Below are positions 1 to 14,784 of a stretch of DNA of 64,000 bases, in pieces. This stretch comes from the human T2T-CHM13v2.0 reference genome, Homo sapiens, in assembly GCF_009914755.1 (NCBI RefSeq), contig NC_060926.1, one strand, 5' to 3'. The notes beneath the pieces are model-generated. The model ran no database searches. It saw nothing but the letters and a program-made list of their open reading frames with translations, and was not told the DNA's origin. The position numbers and the translations under genes are program-made. Numbering within the stretch: the first letter of the stretch is position 1; the number at the start of each line of letters is the position of its first letter.

Positions 1-349
1 AACAAATCCATTATCCGTGAAAAACTGTATGTATTTAGATGATTCCTAGGGTAATAGCATTCTCCATTCCACATGTTTTAAGATGTTTTCTTGAGAGCTT
101 TAGTCCGTCACAGAATCTCTGCCTGCTGACCCCAGGGATGTCTATTCACCACTGCGAGGAGGTTCTTTGTACCCAAAATGGACCTTCTTAACTTTACTGT
201 GCTTGAGATTAGGAATAAAAGGAATAACAGAGCTAGAATATATTTACCTGTCTTCCTTGGGGGACTGAGGTTTGAGGTGAGACATGAAGGAGGTGGTGTT
301 AATCAAGCCCAATGCAGATGTGGGTGGGTAAAGAGACAGGAAGAGGAGG

Positions 350-1199
<850 letters not shown>

Positions 1200-1204
1200 G
1201 GAGG

Positions 1205-1350
1205 GGAAGAAGATGTTAGCAGAAGGAACCATGTAGGAACCATACATGCAAAGTTGCAAAGTCCTTGAGGCAGGAGGGAGCTGGTGTTTGAGAAAATAAA
1301 AACAGGCTTATATTGCTGAAGCACGGAAAGCTAGTGTCTGGAGGAATAGC
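1205..1350 (-). mobile_element. L2 fragment (host of the MLT2 LTR; similar pieces near 260-345 and 2160-2265)
   Basis: GCAAAGTCCTTGAGGCAGGAGGGAGCTGGTGTTTGAG resembles antisense L2; degenerate. Confidence 0.5.
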
Positions 1351-4300
1351 CAGGCTGGATTTTGTGTTGTGAAGTTGTTTAGGCAGAGCTGGGACTTTAG
1401 ACACAGCTGCAAACATTAATTCTTTGAATTTGAATAGGATTCCTTTAAATCCACTCAATCTTCCAATTTTTTTTGTTATGAAGTGTTTATGTATTATGAA
1501 TTCTTATACTTTTCTTACTACCATGTAAGATTTCTACAAATCACTTTCATACCCTAAAATGTTCATTCTTTTCTCTCCTTTCATTTCTCCCTTGATCTTT
1601 CTTTACAGTGTGCTGCCTCTCTAGGCATTTTCTCTTTTGACCTTCAAATTCCTCATGCACTTGATTGGCCTTCAGATTCCTTGTACACTTGAGCGTTTTT
1701 GCACTCTGGGTCTTTAGGCCCCACTTCATGCTTTGGTTCCACAGTTTATGCACTTTCAATCAATTGGCTCCCCATATCCTTTGCTGTGATATATTAGTCC
1801 CAGGTCCTGATTTTTTTTTTTTTGAGAAGTATTTTTCTCTCATTCTGCATTGTCTTGGGTGTCTGTCCATAAAGGTGCCTTGCTTTTCGTAAGATAAAGT
1901 GTGGGATGTGGAATTCCTATCCTTGAACAGTATAGAAAATGATAGGACATGATTCATCTCATGGTGTCTTTCCGAAGAGATGTCCAGCTGTTCCTGTTAA
2001 GTCCTCTGCTCTGCCCTAGTTTCTATCCTTTCAAAAAACAGGTTTTTCAGTTTTGCCTCCAATGCTGTAAGCTACCCCATCTACTCCCAGTAAATCCCTT
2101 CTCTGCTGAAGTTAGCTAGAGCTAGTTTCTGTGGCTTATAACAGAAGGAGTCTACTCATCCAGCATGAAAGGAGAAAGGCGAAGAATTCGGTGTGGCTGG
2201 AGGGAATGGTATGTGTGGGAACAGTGAGGATAAGGCAGTATGGGGCCAGGTTTTAAAGGGCAGCAGGAAAAGAACTGGGGAATAAAGATGTTCACTGGGA
2301 GGACGTAGATGGAATGTGTTCAGCTAACTGAGAGAGTAAAGCAAAAGCCAGTTGGGCCCATCAGGGAGTTTGTTACTGAAGAGTTTAGGAATTCCCAGAA
2401 TTCCAAGGGATATGCAATCTCAGGGAGGTGACGTGGATTCTGTGCAAAACATGGGAACTCGATCCACTGTTTTGGCCAACAGAAGAGAACTGGTCAGCCT
2501 GGATTGTAGAAAATAGAAGACCAATGAATTGGTGTCATGAGAGAGCATTCCTTGTATCTGCTGCATGTACCTGTTCATCACAGCCCAAACCATGATTCTC
2601 AAGGCCCCAAATGGCCAAACAACTAACTCTCCTTGAGCTAATTCTGTGGCTGTAAAGAATCTTATTATAAAGGGGTTACTCATGTAACTTTTTCTGGAGG
2701 AGGAATATGAGTCTCAGGCCAAGATGAGGATTAGGACTTGTTTAGCAGGTATGTTTCCATGAAAATTAATATGCTGACAATTTTGGTTCTTATATAACTC
2801 TTGCAGGCTTAGATTATGTGGGTCCGCTGCTGTGATACTGATTGAATTTCGAGCCTATGAATCTGAGGACAAGGCTGTAGACTGCAGTGAATTCACTCAT
2901 TTAAGTAGCATTATGAAGCCCGAACTTTTTTGCACTTTCCATGAATCCATGCTTTTTTTTTTCTTTTATCTTATAGGCAAAGGATGCCTATCGAGGAAGG
3001 TTTTTAAGGTAGTAAATGAAGAGATCAGTTTAGAAGGAATCATGATTGCAAGGCAGAGAGACTCTGGCAGAAGAGAGGAGGGAGGAAGGTACTGTAAGAA
3101 CCCCGAGGAAAGCTTAAGAGATCTGGATTAAGGTCACAGCAGTGAGAGGGGGTGGAGATGGCAGCTGCTGGATTGAACTAGGATCTTCTAGATCTTGATG
3201 ACCTGCTGGATAGGAAGGGTGAGGGCTAGGCTGTAATCAAAGATACCAAAAGAGTGTCTTCTTTGTCACTTTTCTTTCATTAAATAACCGTATCTGAATT
3301 TCCACAAACAATGCTGCAATAGTTAAAATTGTGACAGTATGAAAACAGAATCTGAATTAAATTAGTGCTATGTCAGCCCATTGCACTAAACCACGAATTC
3401 CCTAAGAGGTTTAGAAACATATTGGATAAAGTGAAATTAATCCTTGAGAGCCACAAGTTGACATATGTATACGCTATGAATCCATAAACTATACTGTGTG
3501 CAGTGGAAAAGGAAGCTAAAAAATCCATGTGAACACACATCTGTATACTGTCCTGTGAATAAAGCCTACTTGACAATGCCATTTTCTTTTGCAGTGTTGA
3601 ACCAGGAGGAGGCTCTGAAATGTTAACATTGTTGACCTTTACAGTCCGACGTGTTGTTGATTGCACCCCCAGACAAACTTGATGAGGCTTTGCAATCAGG
3701 TCACCGTTTAATATGACTCACTATCCTATATTTAGAAAAGGCTGTGATTCTAATAGCAAGTGACAAAAACCAGAGAATTTCAAGCTCTTGTCAGCTGCTC
3801 TGGGTTACATTCCCCTCCAGGCAAAGTCAGAGCTGCCAGCCTTGTTAATGAAAATTATGAGCCTGTTAGGAGAAGAATAACCAAGAGGTGCTGCCGATAA
3901 GAAGTGAGAGAATTAAAATGCTCCTTAACTTTTGGCTTCAGACTTAAAATAGTTCCTTTGGTTTTAAATATTTTTAAAAGCAAGACCTGAAAGTGAGTTT
4001 TGTGACTTTTCACTAGCTTGCATGGAATAAGGAGTTGTGTGGTTATGTGATGAACTCAGGATCATTACCGCAACCCTTCTTGATGCTGGAGAGCAGACTT
4101 TCTGCTTGAGTGTAAAAACAGTTTCAGATTTACCCCTAAATTATAAAATACAGCAGTTCACATTTGACTCTGGAGGCCTAGCCATGGACATTTTGAAATT
4201 GGGATCTCACCGAAGCCCAAACAAACCAGAAACCTTCATCATCTGACTCTTTCAGGCTTATCAATATTTCACACAAAGAAGGGGCACAAAGAAGGCTTTG

Positions 4301-5336
4301 TGCTGCTGAGCTGAGAGGCTCTGCTGGGGGAATGCGGTTGGCAGAGAATATGCCACAAACTTAAAAAGAAAAGAAAATAGAAAGCCAGTGTAGACACTGT
4401 CAAAATGAGGTGCCATGCTTTTATTCACTGTCTGGGTGTGCATCTTTATGTCGAGCAGATCCAGGGACATCAACATGCTGGCTTTCTATTTTACATAAAC
4501 ATTCCCCTTTCATTTATCTTCTCTTCTGATTAGCAATCCTATGTTTAACATGATTCAAATGCTAATATGCTTGATTTTATGAGAAAACAGCACAGGCTTT
4601 TCAACTTGGGGTATTACAAGTGATATTTAGTCTCTGTTTTAACATAATTGGGTAAAGATAGGATTCATGGGAGCCCAGATTTTCTAAATTCTAATCCCTA
4701 GCTCAGGTTCTTCAAACATTTTTTGTATTCAGTGCAGATATTTGAATACTCGACATTTTGATAGCAAACCCCCAAACACACTGGGCAGCTAAAACATCAA
4801 TGTAACTACTCCTATGGTAAGATCATATTTGCAGTGTTCCTTAAACCATGCGCAGTTATTGCTATAGTCACTGTCTCCCTTCAGCATGGTGTTGCTATTT
4901 CAGTAGATTTACTGTCCTGCCCACATTCTCTTATATACGCATGAGGCGAGCATATCACATTTCTAGTAAACATACTATCTTTCTTTGAGTACGCTGCTTC
5001 TTAACACATTCTAAATTTGTTATACCCTGTGCTGTACCCGACCCCACAAACCCACATTCCATCTGGCACACATTGCTGGAATGGTGTGTTTTACTCTGTT
5101 GTAGTAAAAATAAACTTTATACATAGATGAAAACTTGGCAGCATACTTACATGGTTCTTGAGAACGCCTTGGCACACTGCCTTTGTACAATATTGACATC
5201 TCAGATAATCTCAGGCAAGTCACAGAAATTTTGCGCCTCAATTTCCCCTTCTCCAAAATCAGAGTAAATTCAGTTGCTATAGAAATAATGATGAAAGCAT
5301 TGTGAGCTCTCCAAAGGTAATTGGTATGTAACCTTG

Positions 5337-5715
5337 CTGCAGGCTTGGATTCTCCAGAAAGCTGATTCTGAGATGGTGATCAGCTCACAGGAAGGGTACC
5401 AGAGAGTATTCTTTGACTCAACAAGTGTGGAAGGCATGGGACAATGAGGACATGGCAGGTGAAGGATTGGCTGTGCTTCCATGTAATAAAGGCTCAGCCA
5501 CCCCATGGGGAGCTCTGAGGCTCCTTTAGAGTTGTACCAACTTGGAGTTAGGGGCTAGTTCTTTATCCAGTCATTGAATACAGGCTGCCTTCAGCTGGGG
5601 CAGTTCCTGGAGAGGGCCCTCTGCAGAGGGCTGTCATCTTACAATCTTCCCAGCAGGTGGAAAGCAATTCTTCATTCCTGAAGTGGGGATCTGGGAAGCA
5701 CATCACAACATACAT
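5337..5715 (-). mobile_element. LTR16A-like ERVL LTR
   Basis: Reverse complement follows the LTR16A layout: CCCAGATCCCCACTTCAGG ... CAGAGCTCCCCATGGGGTGGCTGAGCC ... ATCTCAGAATCAGCTTTCTGGAGAATCC. Confidence 0.7.
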
Positions 5716-6398
5716 TACCAAAACCAAGCTAGGAGCAGCAAACGTGAACAAGTTTGCTTTCTTCTATGGTTGGTGGCTTCAACGAAGTCAGAATTATGGC
5801 CTGGATGAGTACGGTGAGAATTCCTTTTCTTTACTTCCAGCCCACTACACAAAGTTCCAATACACTCTGATGCTGCAGTCTAGCTTGAGGGATTCTAGCA
5901 GGGAAATTGCTAAAGGGTCCCTTCTAGGATCTGGTTATCTTCCTGCCTTCAATGAGCCTGTCTTCTTTGTACACTCAGTACTATATAATCTGGTTACATT
6001 TTCTCTCTAGTATTGAATTCTCTAATATTCAAAGTGAAACATTTATATCACTGTCTTTCAAGTCTTGGTTCTATATGCAAAAATGATCAGCTGCCTAAAG
6101 AAGAGAGCTTACATGTACTTGACATATCTCCTAAGTTTTGTAAGGTAGAGCAGTACTCCTAATCTCTCCCTTTTTATGACATTGATGTTCTGAAAATATC
6201 AGGCCAGTTATCTCATAGAGCATTTCTTATTCTGGATGTGCCTGATTGTTCCTGCATACTGTTGTTCAACTTGTTCCTCTTCAGGGTAGGAAATTAGGTA
6301 GATCTAAAGGCTTGATAAGATTCAGGTTAAACATTTCGGTAAGAATACTCGATTATATCCATTTTGGAAAACAAAAAGTTACAAAACACATTCTGGAA

Positions 6399-6525
6399 TT
6401 CAAAATACATGAAGTAAAATTTGACATAAGTAAGGGAAAAATGGGTGATTCTAAAATTATACTTCAAAATACATGAAGTAAAAATTGAAATAAGTAAGGA
6501 AAAATAGGTAATTCTAAAATTATAG
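6399..6525 (+). repeat. Two-copy ~64-bp tandem duplication inside the L1
   Basis: TTCAAAATACATGAAGTAAAA...ATTCTAAAATTATA starts at 6399 and again at 6463. Confidence 0.9.
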
Positions 6526-6548
6526 TTGAAGGTTTAAAACCCCACTCT

Positions 6549-6676
6549 TGAGGGAGGATTGTTTCAGTCCAGGAGTTGGAGGCTACAGTGAGCTGTGATT
6601 GTGCCACTGCACTCCATCCTGGGTGACAGAGCATGATCCTTTCTCTAAAACAAACAAACAAACAAACAAACAAAAA
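6549..6676 (+). mobile_element. Alu right-arm fragment (AluJ/FRAM-like) with (CAAA)n tail
   Basis: GGGAGGATTGTTTCAGTCCAGGAGTTGGAGGCTACAGTGAGC...CCACTGCACTCCA. Confidence 0.85.
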
Positions 6677-7434
6677 ACACCTCTCTTTCAATAATTAAAA
6701 AACACTGCAAAATATCAGTAAAGGTATAGGGAATCTAAACAAGACTATCAAGCATCTTGATCTGATTGATATTTATAAAACATTATACCTCAATACTGAT
6801 TGGTAAACATTCTTTTCAAGTGTACAAGTTATGTTCATCAGGATACAACACATGTTGAACCATAAAACAAGCCTCAATAATTTAAAAAAGATTGAAATTA
6901 TATACAGTGTATTCTCTGATCATAATGGCATTTACTTGTAAATTAATAACAAAGTATCTAGGAAACCATCAACAGATTGGATTAAACACATCTAAATAAT
7001 TTATGGATGAAATAAATCACAAAATAAATTAGAAAATATTTTAAATTAAAAGCAAATAAAAATACAATATATCAAAATTTGCAGGAAGCAGCTAAGGCGA
7101 TGCTCACAGGGAAATTCATAGCTTTAAATGCTTATATTAAAAATGAAAAGTCTAAAATCAATAGCTGAGGATACACTTCAAGAAGCTAGGAAGAGTGAAG
7201 GAAACCCAAAGTAAAGTAGAAGAAAGGAATTTAAAAAGATAAGAGCAGAAATAATAGTAGTAAAAAAAGGAAACACAGCAATTGGAAACCTCATACATTG
7301 TTGGTAAAAGTGTAAATGGTATATTCACTCTGGGAAAAAGGTCTGGAAGTTTCTCATAAAATGAAATATATACCTACCCTAGGACCCAGCAATTCCTCTT
7401 CTGGATATTTATCCAAAAGAAATGAAAATATATA

Positions 7435-7931
7435 CTGTTGACCCTTTAACAACATGAGTTTAAACTGTGCAGGTCCACTTATAGGTGAATTTTTTTCAAT
7501 AAAAGTTATGCCAAGTATTCCTACCTTCCTTCTACCTCTCCATCTTTTTCACCTCTGTCAGTTCTGAGACAGCAAGACCAGCCCCTTCTCTTCCTCCTCC
7601 TCCTCAGCCTACTCAATGTAAAGACGATGAGGATGAAGACCTTCATGATGATCCACTTCCACTTAATGAATAGTAAATGTATTTTTTCTTCCTTATAATT
7701 TTCTTAATAACATTTTCTTTTCTCTAGCTTACTTTATGGTGAGAATATAGTATATGACACATATGACATGCAAAATATGTGTTAATAGAATGTATATGTT
7801 ATCAATAAGGCTTCCAGTCAACAGTAGGCTATTAGTAGTTAAGTTTTTAGAGAGTCAAAAGTTATATGCAAATTTTCAACTGCATGGGGGGGTGGACACC
7901 TCTAACCCCCAAGATGTTCAAGGGTCAACTG
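7435..7931. mobile_element. Tigger2a-like non-autonomous TcMar DNA transposon
   Basis: Terminal inverted repeats CTGTTGACCCTTTAACA / TGTTCAAGGGTCAACTG, with TA on both sides (7433-7434, 7932-7933). Confidence 0.88.
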
Positions 7932-8561
7932 TATTGGCAAAAAACATTTGTACAGGAATTTTCATGAATGTTTCATTCATAATAACCAAAGCCTAGAAAC
8001 AATCCAGGTGTTCATTATTAAGAGAATGGAAAAACAAGTTGTGGTATTTTCATAAAACGGAATACTTCTCAGCAATGAAAGGTATGAACTATATTTAACA
8101 ATAGGCTGATTCTCAAAAGCATTATTTTGAGTGGCAGAAGCCAAGACCAAAAGAGTATATATTGTGTAATTCTATATATATGAGGTTCTAGAATAGGTGA
8201 AATTAATCTATGGTGAAAAAATCAGAATAGTGCTTTCCTCTTGAGGGTGTGGAGTGGGAGAGGGGATTGACTGGGGTGGGTCCTGAAATAACTTACTGGT
8301 AATGTTCTGTTTCTTGATATGAACTTGGGTTACACAGATGTATATATTTGTTGAAACTTAACAAGTATAATTTAAAATTTTTGCATCTCATTGTATGTAA
8401 ATTTTCCATCAAAAGAAAAAATTGTAAAGAAATATTGAACTCTAATGATTTGCATACAAAATATTTAAGGGAAACTGTACTGTTGTACTTTCCTTTGAGA
8501 TATACCAAAAAATAAGACAGATTGATGAATAAAGTGTATATATGAATAGATGTAAAGGCAT

Positions 8562-8865
8562 GACCAGGCTCAGTGGCTTTTGCCTGTAATCCCAGCACTT
8601 TGGGAGGCCAAGGTGAGTGGATCACTTGAGGCCAAAAGTTCGAGACCAGCCTGAGCAACATGGTGAAAACCTGGCTGCACTAAAAATACAAAAATTAGCT
8701 GGGCATGGTGGTGCGTGCTTATAGTTCCAGCTACTCAGGAGGCTGAGGTATGAGAATCACTGGAACCCAGGAGGTGGAGATTGCAATGAGCTGAGGTTGC
8801 ACCACTGCACTGCAGCCTGGGCAACAGAGTGAGACTCTGTCAAAAAAATAATAATAATAAAAAAA
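8562..8865 (+). mobile_element. Full-length Alu (AluJ or old AluS)
   Basis: Dimeric Alu with (AAT)n/A tail. Confidence 0.93.
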
Positions 8866-9544
8866 GTGTAAACACATGTAGCAAAACAAGCATAGTAAAA
8901 AATTAACAATATTGTCTGGGTGGTGGGTATATGAATGTGTACTGTAAAATGCTTTCAACCTTGTTCTTTGAAAATTGTCCCAGTAAAATGTTGGGGTAAA
9001 AACATTTTGGGGACTACTGGGAGAAGTTCAATAAGGACTAGATATTATGTGATATTTGAGAATTATTTTTATCAGTTTTCTTTGGTGTTTTAATAGTATT
9101 ATGGTTATTATGTGACAGCTTATTCTTAGAAGAAAGGAGTTAAAATATTTAGTAGTGTGTCATGATGTCTGCAACTCACTTGAAAATAGCTCAACAGAAA
9201 TTTACATAATAGGGCAAATAATATGTTACAATTGTTGAATCTAGACCATGGTTACTAGGGTGTTTACGGTCCTTTTCTTTTATTATAAAGTATTGAAAAA
9301 GTAAGCAGTAGAAGTAATTAAATATTATGTCAAAGGGCAGTGACTATAAAGTCTGGAAATGCTGTACCTGAGATATTTATAATTTCCAGAATTCCTTTAA
9401 AAGGATCAACTTTGGGTTGGTAGCTGCAGGGGACTACTGCTAGACCTGGTTCAGAAGGCCAAGTCATGAGCACCCTCTTCTTGCCTTCTGTCTTATTTTA
9501 CTTCTCAAGAGAGTTCCTGTTTCGGAGTTTAAATGTGAACTTCT

Positions 9545-9890
<346 letters not shown>

Positions 9891-10589
9891 TGAGTTCATG
9901 ATCTTGACTTTTTGTCCGATTCTGAACTACATTGTTGATGAATCTGATGCTATATCTTTTTTCACCACAGATTGAGATGTGGGTTTTTAGTGTCATCCTA
10001 GTCATTGAACCTTAATGCCTGCACATTGCTTCACTAGAGATTCACTAGACGCTTAACAACAAATTTACTGCCAAAAATAAATACAGGTGGAACAGCAGAT
10101 ACAACAAGCCATGTCTTATTGTTCAGGCCTTAGCTTCTGTTGTGTGCAGTACCCTGTGTAGTGACATAGAAACAGACAGTCTGCATGACTCTCTGGGCCC
10201 AGGGATGATGTTGAAGGGGACAGATGGACTCACAAAGACCAAGCAATATGGTCACAGTGCTGTGAATGTATTTGGAAAGCAGCATTTGGTCTCATTTGAT
10301 GTTTGTGTCTGTGTCTGGGTACACTTATGGCTATGTGGGTTTGCTCCAGGAACTGGAAGGCCTTCCTTGGAAGAATTATGCTTTGCTTCATTTCATTGAA
10401 AATTCCCTGGCTAACATAATTTTCGATTATGGAATCTAACTCCCAGAGGATTTCTGTGGGTAAAAATGGATAAATTTCTTGATAAAAATGTAAAGATAGT
10501 GAATCTCAGAGTATTTCAAGCTGCTTTCTTTTCACCACTCTGATTCCTGATGAAAAGTTGGGTGCCTTCACAATGGACACTCTAGATAA

Positions 10590-10765
10590 GTTGGCCCTAA
10601 ACCTGGCTGTCCCCAGGATTTCCTGGAGAGCTAGTTTAAAATGTAGATTCCTGGGTCCACCCAAAATCCACAGAATCATGATCTCTGGGGAATGGGCCCT
10701 TGGAATCTCTATTTTTTAAAAAGCTGTACGAGTTACTCAGATGGTAAGCAAGTTTGTAGAACTTT
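10590..10765. mobile_element. MER5-type hAT element
   Basis: TTTAAAATGTAGATTCCTGGGTCCACCC...CTCTGGGGAATGGGCCCTTGGAATCT motif. Confidence 0.6.
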
Positions 10766-10799
10766 AGACAAGTGGTTCTCAAATTTTACTGTGTATATG

Positions 10800-12077
10800 T
10801 GTATTAGTCCATTCTCACATTGCTATAAAGAACTACCTGAGACTGGGTAATTTATAAAGACAAGAGATTTAATTGACTTACAGTTCTGCAGGCTGTACAG
10901 GAAGCATGGCTGGGGAGGCCTCAGGAAACTTAGAATCATAGTGGAAGGTGAAGGGGAAGCAGGGACGTCTTACACGGCCAGAGAAGGAGGAAGAGAGAGA
11001 AGGGGGAGGTGCTATATATTTATTTTATTTATTTATTTATTTTATTATTGTTATACTTTAAGTTTTAGGATACATGTGCACAATGTGCAGGTTTGTTACA
11101 TATGTATACATGTGCCATGTTGGTGTGCTGCACCCATTAACTCATCATTTAGCATTAGGTATATCTCCTAATGCTATCCCTCCCCCCTTCCCCCACCCCA
11201 CAACAGTCCCCCATGTGTGATGTTCCCCTTCCTGTGTCCAAGTGTTCTCATTGTTCAGTTCCCACCTATGAGTGAGAACATGCAGTGTTTGGTTTTTTGT
11301 CCTCGCGATAGTTTGCTGAGAATGATGGTTTCCAGCTTCATCCATGTCCCTACAAAGGACATGAACTCATCATTTTTTATGGCTGCATAGTATTCCATGG
11401 TGTATATGTGCCACATTTTCTTAATCCAGTCTATCATTGATGGACATTTGGATTGGTTCCAAGTCTTTGCTATTGTGAATAGTGCCGCAATAAACATACC
11501 TGTGCATGTGTCTTTATAGCATTATGATTTATAATCCTTTGGGTATATACCCAGTAATGGGATGGCTGGGTCGAATGGTATTTCTAGTTCTAGATCCCTG
11601 AGGAATCGCCACACCAACTTCCACAAAGGTTGAACTAGTTTACAGTCCCACCAACAGTGTAAAAGTGTTCCTATTTCTCCACATCCTCTCCGGCACCTGT
11701 TGTTTCCTGACTTTTTAATGATTGCCATTCTAACTGGTGTGAGATGGTATCTCATTGTGGTTTTGATTTGCATTTCTCTGATGGCCAGTGATGATGAGCA
11801 TTTTTTCATGGTTTTTTGGCTGCATAAATGTCTTCTTTTGAGAAGTGTCTGTTCATATCCTTCGCCCACTTTTTGATGGGGTTGTTTGTTTTTTTCTTGT
11901 AAATTTGTTTGAGTTCATAAACAACCAGATCTCATGAGAACTCACTCACTATCACGAGAAGAGCAAGGTGGAAGTCTACACCCATGATCCAATGCCTCCC
12001 ACCAGGCCCGTTCTCCAACATTGAGGATTTCAATTTGACTTGAGATTTGGGAGGGGACACGAATTCAAAGCATATGA
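10800..12077 (-). mobile_element. MSTA-like MaLR solo LTR split by an L1PA
   Basis: TGTATTAGTCCATTCTCACATTGCTATAAAGAACTACCTGAGACTGG...; resumes AAACAACCAGATCTCATGAGAACTCACTC at 11919. Confidence 0.88.
11019..11918 (-). mobile_element. 5'-truncated L1PA (about PA3-PA5): ORF2 C-terminus and 3' UTR
   Basis: ORF track gives ORF2 peptides [27 protein letters not shown] and MFIAALFTIAKTWNQ...WMKLETIILSKL. Canonical 3' UTR and T-rich tail. Confidence 0.97.
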
Positions 12078-12444
12078 GTAGGAATCGCTGGGGTGTCTTG
12101 TTAAAATGCAGATTCTGATTCAGTAGCTCTGAGGTAGGTTCAAAATCCTGCATCTTAAACAAGCTCCCTGGTACTGCTGCTGGTCTGCAGACCATATGAT
12201 GAGTGGTGAGGAACTTGATCAGGCCCTGAAATATTTTCCCTAAAATGGGAGTCACGTCTTCCTTTGTAGAGAGCCTATTTGGCCAGTGTTCAGCATGTGA
12301 CAAACTATTCTCACCTCCTTGCTTGATATCTCTTTGCTTCAAAATATTTTGCTTGAACAGCTGATGACTCAGACTTGTGACCATTCACTTTGGTTTGCCC
12401 AGCAGGTCCTAGTTCATACCTATTGTTCTGGCATATTAATAATA

Positions 12445-12711
<267 letters not shown>

Positions 12712-12849
12712 TAAAGGTTTCTCTGCAACTTGTACTCTTAGCAGTGTCTCCAGCTGGAAGATAAATTATAAAGTCACCCTTTCTAAATTCACAGATGTTG
12801 AGAAGTGATATAATGTACAGAACACAGGTTATATACCCAAAATCCTGTA

Positions 12850-13020
12850 TAGCTTCATATCCTGGCTTCATTAGCCCATACTACATGTACAACCTCGAGC
12901 AAGTCAAGCCTCAATAATCTCATGTGTAACACAGAAGTGGCTTATCATGAGAATTTATAGAAATGATATAGAAAGTTTCTATTAATAGCACATTGGCTGG
13001 CGTGTAGTAGGCACCTATTT
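12850..13020 (+). mobile_element. MIR
   Basis: Degenerate MIR core and 3' end (GGCGTGTAGTAGGCAC). Confidence 0.55.
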
Positions 13021-13729
13021 ATTTAGATCCCTGTCTCTTTATGGGTCAATGAAGTGAACATCTACTCTGCTTTGAAATAGCAAAAGTAGAATGCCGCTAT
13101 CAACTTAGGATCAGAAGCAGCTGCAATATTAGAAGGATGGATTTGCTGCACTTGTATTTCACTGAAACCCTCATGAGCCTAATATGGAATCTATCTCTGA
13201 ACCCAGTAGTCCTATGAGATTTCTATCTTATCATGTGCACTTCAGCTATGTTAATAGACCTAAATCTTGAATTAGAGAAATAAAGATATTAGTATTTATT
13301 GAGTTCCAACTGTGTATTAGACGGAGTTAGTTCCAAATTGGACCAGGCCACTATCATAGTTGAAGGACAAGATATAAACAAGTTCAATCCACTTATAAAC
13401 AAATAATTAACAGACTTCCTGGGGGAATATCTATATCCAGTATTTTAGATCTAATCACCTCATAAAAGGATTTTGAGATGACTACGAACAAGAGGATATG
13501 GATGGGAAAAGATAAAACTTGGTTATAGTTTTATTGCAATAAAGTACCCATGAAAACACACCCAACAATGAAGCAAATTTGAACAAGATATAATCAATGA
13601 TTGGCTCCTTGAATACGCCCCACCTAGCTATGCAGACTTGCCTGGGTGATTTCCTTAAACTTGCAGTAATTTTTTAAAAGAATTAGAATATTTGGGATAC
13701 CATTTGAGTGTTACGGCAATGCTCTAATT

Positions 13730-13935
13730 TATTAGGAGCCTACTGGGCAGGTGTTCTTATTGAATAACCAAAATAACTTAATGGAATAAGTTGTACTATT
13801 ATCTCCATTTTACAGATGAGGAAACTAAGACACAAAAAAATTAGTTTCATGCGAGGTCACTTTGAAAGTGAGAGAGAGAACTGAGATTCAAACTTGGATG
13901 TTTAACTCTGAGATCTTATTCTTAATCATCACATA
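13730..13935 (-). mobile_element. MIR
   Basis: ATTATCTCCATTTTACAGATGAGGAAACTAAG core. Confidence 0.8.
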
Positions 13936-14784
13936 TCATTTCTCTGTGTTAATTAATATTTTCCATATTTTCAAAACAGCATTTTATTACACCATAATCT
14001 CATGTGGTCAAACTTGGGAACTTGGCCCAGGAGCATGGGCTATGTGAGATACATAGCCCATGTATTTAGGGCAAGTAGAAAAAATTAAATTAATTCATTT
14101 AACAATTTTACTGAAGTATAATTGAAGTACAATGTTTTAAAGTATAATTTTATCAGTTTTGACAAATGCATACACTCATGAAACCATCACCATAACCAAG
14201 TTAATAATTATTTCTCTCTCCTAAAATTTTTTTCCCAACTCCTTTATAAATACACCCCTCCCTCTGCCAAGATTCACAGGCAACTACTGATCTGCTTTCT
14301 GTCACTATAGGTTCGTTTACATTTTTAAGAATTTCATATAAATAGAATAATATAGTATATGCTCCTTGGGGCCATGCTTCTTTCAGTCAGCATAATAACT
14401 CTGAGATTCTTCTGAAATCGTAATTTGTTGAGCATATTGGTAGTTTGTTCCTTTTTATTGCTGAGTAGTTTTGCATTATATGGATGTACCACAAATTGTG
14501 TTAATGGACATAGAAGCTGTTTTCAGTTTTTGGCGATAACAAATAAAGTTGCTATGAACATTTGTGTGTAAGTCTTAGTGTGGACATATGCTTTCATTTC
14601 CCTTGGGTAAAAACCTAGGAATATATATCCTATGATATATTTTATATAAATTTTATATATTTTATATTTTAAAGAACTTGCCAAACCATTTTCCAAAATA
14701 GTTGTGCTTTACATTCTCAGCAGCAATTGTCTACATCCTCATCAACACTTGGTATTGCCAGTTTAAAATGTATATATGTAAGAT

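Larger units (their letters stand above)
6395..9290 (+). mobile_element. Old L1M remnant (ORF2 endonuclease region joined to ORF2 C-terminus and 3' UTR), interrupted by two Alus and a Tigger2-type element
   Basis: Degenerate ORF2 sequence (CATTCTTTTCAAGT, TTCTCTGATCATAATGG, GACCCAGCAATTCCTCTTCTGG) followed by an L1M-type 3' end. Confidence 0.8.
10769..12207. mobile_element. MER5A-type hAT element split by the MSTA LTR (pieces 10769-10799 and 12078-12207)
   Basis: AGTGGTTCTCAAA start; resumes with CTTGTTAAAATGCAGATTCTGATTCAGTAG after the LTR. Confidence 0.7.

Noticed and set aside
11145-11869. ORFs with real protein similarity
   Set aside because: Frameshifted C-terminal fragments of L1 ORF2 in a 5'-truncated copy; not a gene.
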